Source: Octopus vulgaris
Taxonomy: Eukaryota
Direction: 5' to 3'
DNA: 64,000 bases
Assembly (NCBI GenBank): GCA_951406725.2
Contig: OX597820.1
Coordinates: forward strand, 8,556,001 to 8,620,000
Part shown: positions 55,484 through 64,000 of the stretch, piece after piece
Position numbering within the stretch: position 1 is the stretch's first letter
Layout of the letters: each line of letters begins with the position of its first letter
Position numbers and translations under genes: made by a program
The notes under the pieces: generated by a model
The model's database searches: none
The model's input: the letters and a program-made list of their open reading frames with translations, nothing else
Told to the model about the DNA's origin: nothing

Positions 55484-55932
55484 TCCAAACCTGAGCCAAT
55501 CCAAAATAAATGTCAAATAGTTTAAAATAATAATTCGTGTTTTAGGAATGTTTAAGGAACTGTCTGCGATATTTATGTGGGTAATTATGGGGTACAGGGC
55601 ATGGAACAGTGGACGTAATTATGAAACGGATAAGGGGAGAGTTGGGTAGAGCTTAGAGGCGGAATTGAGTGGAATGGAATGATATTTATTACTGGAGAGA
55701 GGTTTTTGGTAGAAAGGTACGGCATGAAAGGTATGGAGAAAGAGAACATTTCTCCTGGCTTACGGTGAGGGAAAATGTAAGGTGCAACGATAAAAGAGAG
55801 ATATTAAAAGAGAATAATAAAAACAATTAATGATAAATACACTCGTTACATATACACAGATACACTTGTATCCGTATTATAATTACTCATGTATACATAT
55901 ATATGTCTTTGAACATGAATATATACATTCCC

Positions 55933-56325
55933 ACTGTGTGGTAAGTAGCTTGCTAACCAACCACATGGTTCCGGGTTCAGTCCCACTGCGTGGCATCTTG
56001 GGCAAGCGTCTTCTGCTATAGCCCCGGGCCGACCAATGCCTTGTGAGTGGATTTGGTAGACGGAAACTGAAAGAAGCCTGTCGTATATATGTATATATAT
56101 ATATGTATGTATGTGTATGTGTTTGTGTGTATGTGTTTGTACCCCTAGCATTGCTTGACAACCGATGCTGGTGTGTTTACGTCCCCGTCACTTAGCGGTT
56201 CGGCGAAAGAGTCCGATAGAGTAAGTACTGGGCTTACAAAGAATAAGTCACGGGGTCGATTTGCTCGACTAAAGGCGGTGCTCCAGCATGGCCACAGTCA
56301 AATGACTGAAACATGTAAAAGAGTA
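55933..56325 (+). mobile_element. SINE-B copy, slightly 5'-truncated
   Basis: ctgtgtggtaagtagcttgc...gggttcagtcccactgcgtggc...aaatgactgaaacatgtaaaagagta. Confidence 0.88.
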
Positions 56326-56326
56326 T

Positions 56327-56372
<46 letters not shown>

Positions 56373-56707
56373 CATTTAAGTTTGTAACATTCTAAGCAAT
56401 GACTCGATGTTGTATGAAACCTAAATATTCCAAAGAAGTCAATGATATTGTCGGATAATTTATTCCATACAAATAAAATTCAAAATTCCTTTCAATCCAA
56501 TATGGCTATTATAGAGATGGCGGTTTTGTCTCCTAATGTCGTTTCATTCTGTATCAAAGAGCTATGTATATTTTTCAACGCCTATTTATCTTTGTGAGAG
56601 AAAGCAGATTGCAAATAACTGTACGTACCGATCTCGCTACTAACAAGTTCTTGGAGATCTTGTCTCCTTTAAAAATTCCTAATATTATCTGCGCCGAAAT
56701 CTAAACC

Positions 56708-57467
56708 AATTTCTTTTCTACTCTATGTACAATGCCCGAAATGTTTGGGTAGGGGGGCCAGTCGATTAGATCGACCCCAGTGCGTGACTGGTACTTAATT
56801 TATCGACCTTGAAAGGATGAAAGGCAAAGTCGACCTCTGCGGAATTTGACCTCAGAACGTAGCGGCAGACGAAATACCTATTTCTTTATTGCCCATAAGG
56901 GGCTAAACACAGAGAGGACAAACAAGGACAGACAAATGGATTAAGTCGATTATATCGACCCCAGTGCGTAACTGGTACTTGTTTAATCGACCCCGAAAGG
57001 ATGAAAGGCAAAGTCGACCTCAGCGAAACTTGAACTCAGAACGTGATGACAGACGAAATACCTATTTCTTTACTACCCACAAGGGGCTACACACAGAGTG
57101 GCCAGACAAACGGATTAAGTCGATTATATCGACCCCAGTGCGTAACTGGTACTTATTCAATCGACCCCAAAGGATGAAAGGCAAAGTCGACCTCGGCGGA
57201 ATTTGACCACAGAACGTAGCGGCAGACGAAATACCTATTTCTTTACTACCCATAAGGAGCTAAACATAGAGGGGACAAACAAGGACAGACAAACGGATTA
57301 AGTCGATTATATCGACCCCAGTGCGTAACTGGTACTTGTTTAATCGACCCCGAAAGGATGAAAGGCAAAGTCGACCTCGGCGGAATTTGAACTCAGAACG
57401 TAGCGGCAGACGAAATACGGCTAAGCATTTCGCCCGGCGTGCTAACGATTCTGCCAGCTCGCCGCCT
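56708..57467 (-). mobile_element. SINE-A tandem tetramer (one head, four bodies; last body has a different 3' end)
   Basis: Junctions GAAA-TACC-TATTTC at 56875, 57059 and 57232; head starts at 57467. Confidence 0.92.
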
Positions 57468-57677
57468 TTGATTTACATACCTGCTTACGTTTTCTTACGT
57501 AGGTGTACACACGTATATCTATGTTTATGTATGTATGTACGTACATATGTATGTATGTATGTATGTATGTATGCATGCACGTACGTACGTATGTATGTAT
57601 GTATGTATGTATGTATGTATGTATGTATGTATGTATGTATGTATGTATGTATGTATGTATGTATGTATGTATGTATG

Positions 57678-57880
57678 TCACCATGATAGATCGTTAGCCA
57701 CTACACACATTTTTTTCTCCTTGTTTCTCTCCTTGTTTTTTTCTGTCACTTTCAGTAGAAGAGCGTAGGCTCGAAACGTAAAAGACTTTCTCTAATCCTG
57801 AGCGTTATACTAATACATCTGTTTGTTTTGTACACCACCTGTCTTCGTCTTTTGGGTTTTTTTTTTCGTAAACTCTCCCT
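57678..57880 (+). mobile_element. Short (TATG)n-embedded repeat with degenerate hammerhead-like motif (copy 3)
   Basis: Homologous to 51317-51506. Confidence 0.75.
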
Positions 57881-58669
57881 ATGTATGTATGTATGTATGT
57901 ATGTATGTATGTATGTATGTATGTATGTATGTATGTATTGTAAGACCTGGATGGTTTACATAAAACATTTAAAACTAGGGGAGCGCTCCCACCTGCGTTG
58001 CTGAGATTGCTCTTTGGCAGGCTTTTAGCCCTCTAATTTAAATATAATGCCCGGTCATCCTTCGAATAGCTGTAGGAATTAGGCAACCGTGGTTGAATCC
58101 ATGTCCGAACGTTGGTCATCTGGATTCAACTACGGTTGCCTACAGCTCTTTGGCATTCACTGGATCTCACATGTTTCGGACACAGAGGTACGGGAACGAG
58201 CTAATCCACTCAGCACAGAAGCTCATATACGCAAGCACCACCTTCACTGGCAGGACACTTGAGACGGCTGGACGATAAGCCGAATCCCCAAGCAGATGCT
58301 TTACGGCGATCTGGCTGAAGGGGGAAAAAATGGCTTAAACAAAAACTAAGAAATGTTTCAAAGACTGAAGGAAAGAGAAGGCGCTGTGGTAATTCGACTT
58401 TGTTCTTCACGGCTGGAAATTACAGAAACAAGCGACAGAAACAAATGGAGAAAAACAAACATACGAACGGTGTTGTTCATTCCGTAAAATGTCCAATAAG
58501 CTTAATAAAGAAGACTAAAAGAGCTGTCCGTAAAGAAGCGAAAGCAGAATTAGCCCTTTCCAAATTTGTTTGCCATGAGTGTGGCCGAATATTCTTGCGT
58601 GAATGCGTGTGTGTGTGTCCATGTTTATTCCCCACCACCGCTTGACAACCGGTATTGGTTTGTTTACGT

Positions 58670-58906
58670 AAGGCGGCGAGCTGGAAGAATCGTTAGCACG
58701 CCGGGCGAAATGCTTAGCGGTATTTCGTCTGCCGATACGTTCTGAGTTCAAATTCCGCCGAGGTCGACTTTGCCTTTCATCCTTTCGGGGTCGATTAAAT
58801 AAGTACCAGTTACGCACTGGGGTCGATGTAATCGACTTAATCCGTTTGTCTGTCCTTGTTTGTCCCTTCTGTGTTTAGCCCCTTGTGGGTAGTAAAGAAA
58901 TAGGTA
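58670..58906 (+). mobile_element. SINE-A full copy with 19-bp TSD, nested in an old SINE-B-like remnant (~58600-59070)
   Basis: TSD GGTATTGGTTTGTTTACGT at 58651-58669 and 58903-58921. Confidence 0.92.
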
Positions 58907-59302
58907 TTGGTTTGTTTACGTTCACGTAAACTATCGGTTCAACAAAATGACCGACAGAATAAAAACCAGGATTTAAAAAATAAGTATTGGTGTTGATTCA
59001 TTCGACTAAAAATTCTCATGGCGATGCCCCAGATTGGCCGCAGTCTAATGACTCAAAACAAGTAGAAGATTTAAGATATGTATGTATATACACACACACA
59101 CACACGCACGCACAAACATACATACATCTATACATACATACACACATATATATACACACACACACACATACACATACACACATACATGCATTCATACATT
59201 CATACATACATACATGCAAACATACATACATACATACATACATACATACATTCGTACGTACATACATGCACACACACACATACGCACACACAAGCACACA
59301 CG

Positions 59303-59334
<32 letters not shown>

Positions 59335-59414
59335 CACACACACACGCATACACACACACAACCACACACACACGCACACACACACATATATATATACACA
59401 CACACACACACACG

Positions 59415-59484
<70 letters not shown>

Positions 59485-60788
59485 CATACGCACACACAAG
59501 CACGCACGCACACACAAGAACGCACGCTCACACACGCTCACACAAAATGCTTCACTAGCATCGCCGCAGGAAACCGGGTCATTGGCTTCCGGCTGACATG
59601 CGTAAAATTCTAGGTCAACAGCGCTGACTGTGCGACCTTTTGGTTATTTATATGTGGTGGTGGAGGTGGGTGGGTGTGTGTCTGTATATATATTTATTCC
59701 GTGTAATAATAGACGACGAGTCTATGAATTGTGTTGCAACTAAAAACAATTCTGATTATAGCGAAAGAACTGTGCCAAAACTTTTTGTCACGTGGCAAGT
59801 TTTCTTGGAGAATTTGGACAAGTTTTAGAGTTCTGATGTTTCTTTTTTTTTTGCCTGCTTTTCTTTTTTACCAAATCATGTGAATATGACGTGTCATACG
59901 TACGTACGTACGTACGTACGTGCGTGCATGCGTACGCATACACTACACACACAAAGACACACGCTCATGGACACACACACATAAACACTTACACACACGC
60001 CCGTACACACAAAAACACACGCATATGTCATTTATTAAAAACGGGATATAAATTTAATTGGCCCCCAAGTTACGAAGTTGTGTGTGTGTGTGTGTGTATT
60101 CGTAATCTCCGGCATCTAAAACGTAGGAATCCGAAAAAAAAATTTTTTTTTAATGCATTTTTCATGGAAGGGTTCGAAACTGCATTAGCCCCGGCCTTTG
60201 AATAACTAAATAGCTTCTGTCAAACAGAAAATAGAAAAATATATATCACTCATGTTTTGAGTTCTATTTTCCTGTTTGCAACTACCAACCCCACTAAACA
60301 CGCGCGCGAAATAACTAAGGGTTGCCAATGGCGTATTTGACGAATAGAGCCGAGCAAAAATATATAAAAGCTATAAAAGATACATTTTTTTAAGTGTTGT
60401 ATTATCTCCGCTCTTAGAGAAAGTAGGACAATCACTCGGTGGCACTTGAGATTGAACTGTCATTTTGTTATCAGAAAACCAGGCTGTCTTTTCGTTAACA
60501 ATTCGTCAATTTTGGAAAATCTTTGGGGTTTTTGTGGTTATCTTCGCGTCTCATTTGAAGTTGGTCCCATTAAAATAAACGGTTGTCTTTGCATTCTTCC
60601 TTAATTCAAAGTAAGGCTTGATAATAATTAAACACGCAAGCATCTCTGAATGTTACTACCTATAAAAGCATTGATTAGCTCAAAGGGGTTAGCTGTGTAA
60701 AGGAATCGAGGACCTTAGGGGTTTTCGCCACTGTTTATAATTATCTTTATTAAAAATTTTTTTAATCTATCATATTGATGAAATTTTG

Positions 60789-61265
60789 GATCTTTTCGGT
60801 TTGAACGGCAGTTTTTTCTAGCGGTGTCATATGAAATTGTCACCCATAATTATGACCCTAGTATCGATCTATTGCATTTCAATCTGTTTTAGGGTTAGGG
60901 TTAGGGTTGGGGTTAGGGTTAGGGTTGGGGTTAGGGTTAGGGTTGGGGTTAGGGTTAGGGTTGGGGTTAGGGTTAGGGGGGTATCTTTATTTCTTCAGAA
61001 ATGTAAATAAACCCAATCTGTTTCTTGAACGAGGGACATATTCATACGGCACAGAATGTTTTCACCTCAATAGACGTCATTGATTGGTTGAATTTGCAGA
61101 AATTGAAGAAAAAGCAACAACAAATATCTTACAAACTATAGAATTTTCTCAATAAAGCCAAGAGAAAAAGATGTTTTATAAACACATTCTACCAGTATAC
61201 GAAGTTTAAATTTTTTTAGTTACCTAGAAATTATGTTAAAAACTGCCGTTCAAACCGAAAAGATC
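60789..61265. mobile_element. Non-autonomous TIR element (28-bp perfect TIRs) carrying a telomere-like repeat
   Basis: GATCTTTTCGGTTTGAACGGCAGTTTTT (60789-60816) and AAAAACTGCCGTTCAAACCGAAAAGATC (61238-61265). Confidence 0.88.
60889..60978 (+). repeat. Interstitial telomere-like array, 15 hexamers (TTAGGG with periodic TTGGGG)
   Basis: Direct reading of the sequence. Confidence 0.95.
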
Positions 61266-61610
61266 TCAAAATTGTTCTTCATTTATTCCAGAAAAATTTT
61301 GCAAAACTGTTACAGGTGTTCAAAGATTGACCATTTTCAGAATTTTCAGCCAATCAGAGACAGCGAATTCGCTGTCTCTTCCATCATCGGGGGGCGGGGG
61401 GGGGGGCATCGGCATGTCAAAACATTGCTAGAAATAACAGTCAAAACATTAAAATATACACGAATGAAGTCAACATTAAAACATTCGCGAGCAAATTAAA
61501 TATTTAAAAGCTACCAACAAACAAACAGAGTTGAATGTTCACCATCTCACTTCCATTGCACGCACGCACACACACATACACACACATACACATTCACACA
61601 ACTTCCTTTG

Positions 61611-61651
<41 letters not shown>

Positions 61652-61995
61652 TCGCAACCAGTTTGCCATCACCCCTTCCTTTCTCATTAATATGTTGTGA
61701 CGGAGAAAAACACAAGAGCGTTATCATAGTAGAAGATTATCTTTCTCGTATCTTCCTCTCCTTGTACGTATCAATAGCATCTTTGGTTACTATGGAAACA
61801 GAGTTTTTCGCCACGGTGATGTGTAAAACACTCGCTTCTGATTGGTTAAAATACCCAAATTTTGCAAATTTTAAAGGCTAACAACTTTTTAATTATGGAT
61901 TTATAGGGAAAATGAATTTCATATTCATGATCAGTATGCAAAACTTAATCTAATTACCAAATCTGAAAACAATTGGAACAAAATTGTAAGTAGTT

Positions 61996-62180
61996 ACGAA
62001 ATACCTATTTCTTTACTACCCACAAGGGGCTAAACACAGAGGGGACAAACAAGGACAGACAAACGGATTAAGTCGATTATATCGACCCCAGTGCGTAACT
62101 GGTACTTAATTTATCGACCCCGAAAGGATGAAAGGCAAAGTCGACCTCGGCGGAATTTGAACTCAGAACGTAACGGCAGA
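61996..62180 (-). mobile_element. SINE-A body without head
   Basis: acgaaatacctatttc...cagaacgtaacggcaga. Confidence 0.85.
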
Positions 62181-62287
62181 GAACACCAGAAAGATCCGGA
62201 ATCGAACCCGAAATCACATAACTTTGATAACTTTGATAGGCCCAGGCTATGTGTAACTAAATAGCACCACATTGTGATGTCTTTTAA

Positions 62288-62555
62288 TCATATATAGGGG
62301 GCCATGGCCCACTCTAGCAAAGCGTTTGTATCGTTGGAGACATATCCGGGTGTAGGAGGTTGGTCCGGGTTTTTTGAAGAAATTTGTCCAGCGAACTTTT
62401 GAATTCTATGGGGTCCATTTCCGTTTTGTTGTATTTTTGGTAAGGTATTAAAGAGAGCTGGACCGGTTGAGGTAAAGTAGTTGTGGCCTAATGTGTCCTG
62501 AGTTCGATATTTGCAGTGGGCGGATAGCACGGGGGCCAAGTCTTGGGATGGATTT
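62288..62555 (-). mobile_element. Probable CR1-clade LINE 3' remnant
   Basis: F...GPALFNTLPK...PDQPPTPGY resembles the CR1 ORF2 C-terminus. Confidence 0.55.
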
Positions 62556-63364
62556 TTAAAAAATTGATGCCAACATCATTTGTGCAATAGTCATGGAATA
62601 TTTTTCCTCATCACACAAATGGCTTAGAGCTCCCGGCGGCGGCGGCGGCGGCAAGGCCGATCGACTTGGTTTTTCTACACTACTACTACTACTACAACAA
62701 CAACAACAATTAGGACGCTGAGTTAGAAGAAAACAATTTATCACAACAACAACAACAACAACTGCTACTGCTGCTATTGACACGTAGCAAGTTAAACATC
62801 AACCTTGAAATATCATCTGTCGCATTTCCGCCCCACCACCATCCAATCACACACCCCCCCCCGTCAGCCCCCACCCCCGCCCCCAGCCCACCCACCTAAC
62901 AGTAGCTCGTTCGTTCCCCACCGCCACTACCAGCTGTACCACCACCTCGACCCCGCCCCCATCCCTTCCTTCTGATAACCTACTTAAACATGTGGGGTAT
63001 AATGTATATATCATGTTTATAATGGGTGTATAATGTATGTAGAGTGTGTAGAATGGGTGTATAATGTATGTAGAGTGTGTAGAATGGTATGTGTGTGTGT
63101 GTGTGTGTGTGTCAGATTAAAGAATTCTTGGAATGTCCTCATCATCATCATCATCAACTTGTTAAAAGCTTCCTCCTCTTTATTCTCTATTCCTAACTAT
63201 TCTTTACCATTCTCCACCAGTTCTTAGTAATCCATACCATTACTTACCATTTTCAAATTTTAATCTTTTTAATCTTTCTTAATAATCCTTCATCATCACT
63301 TAACCTTCTTTACCATTCTTTAACTGCCATTATTATTCTTTATCTTTTTTTTTACCACTCATAA

Positions 63365-63579
63365 CTCTTACTCTTTTACTCTTTTACTCTTTTACTTGTT
63401 TCAGTCATTTGACTGCGGCCATGCTGGAGCACCGCCTTTAGTCGAGCAAATCGACCCCGGGACTTATTCTTTGTAAGCCCAGTACTTATTCTATCAGTCT
63501 CTTTTGCCGAACCGCTAAGTGACGGGGACGTAAACACACCAGCATCGGTTGTCAAGCAATGCTAGGGGAACAAACGCAA

Positions 63580-63677
<98 letters not shown>

Positions 63678-63812
63678 GACAGGCTTCTTTCAGTTTCCGT
63701 CTACCAAATCCACTCACAAGGCATTGGTCGGCCCGGTTCTATAACAGAAGACACCTGCCCAAGTGGGACTGAACCCGGAACCATGTGGTTGGTTAGCAAG
63801 CTACTTACCACC
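63365..63812 (-). mobile_element. SINE-B copy with expanded internal (CA)n(TA)n
   Basis: Homologous to 32743-33163; TACTCTTT tail repeats. Confidence 0.88.
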
Positions 63813-64000
63813 CATAAACTCTTCATTATAATTTTTTTACCACTTCTTACCAATCTTTACCATTCTTTGCTGTTTTCTACCATTGTTTACCATTCGTTGC
63901 CATTCTTTAACAGTCATAATCAATGCAGTCTAATTTTTAACCATTTCTGCTATTTATTACCATTCTCCGGCACTTTTAGTCATTCCTTACTATTTTTTTT

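Noticed and set aside
56875-57420. Regularly spaced repeats as a possible CRISPR array
   Set aside because: Units are whole ~184-bp SINE bodies with no unique spacers; eukaryotic context and no cas genes
60889-60978. True telomere or chromosome-fusion site
   Set aside because: Only 90 bp, single orientation, and enclosed by transposon TIRs

Overview
AT-rich, microsatellite-dense eukaryotic genomic DNA. The SINE families, repeat landscape and TTAGGG repeats suggest an invertebrate, most likely an octopus/cephalopod (inference, not checked by search). Only one host coding feature is supported: a large terminal exon (18262-19973, +) of a GAREM/Themis-like adaptor with a CABIT domain, a Tyr-motif-rich linker and a C-terminal SAM domain. 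The rest is mobile DNA: a decayed Helitron with both termini (4332-8691) plus other Helitron pieces, RTE and CR1 LINE fragments, Penelope-like (GIY-YIG) remnants, three tRNA-derived SINE families, MITE/foldback elements and 2-3.6 kb (TATG)n arrays. The most notable unannotated signals are: (1) several type I hammerhead-ribozyme motifs in short elements, most near microsatellites, one embedded in a ~385-nt rod-like hairpin whose opposite arm lacks the catalytic core; (2) a SINE whose 3' GGTA end matches its target sites and its own internal GGTA, giving head-less ~184-bp tandem arrays; (3) an RTE LINE with a twin-priming-like 5' inversion; (4) a TIR element carrying a periodic telomeric repeat. 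Most ORFs in the supplied track are microsatellite artefacts.
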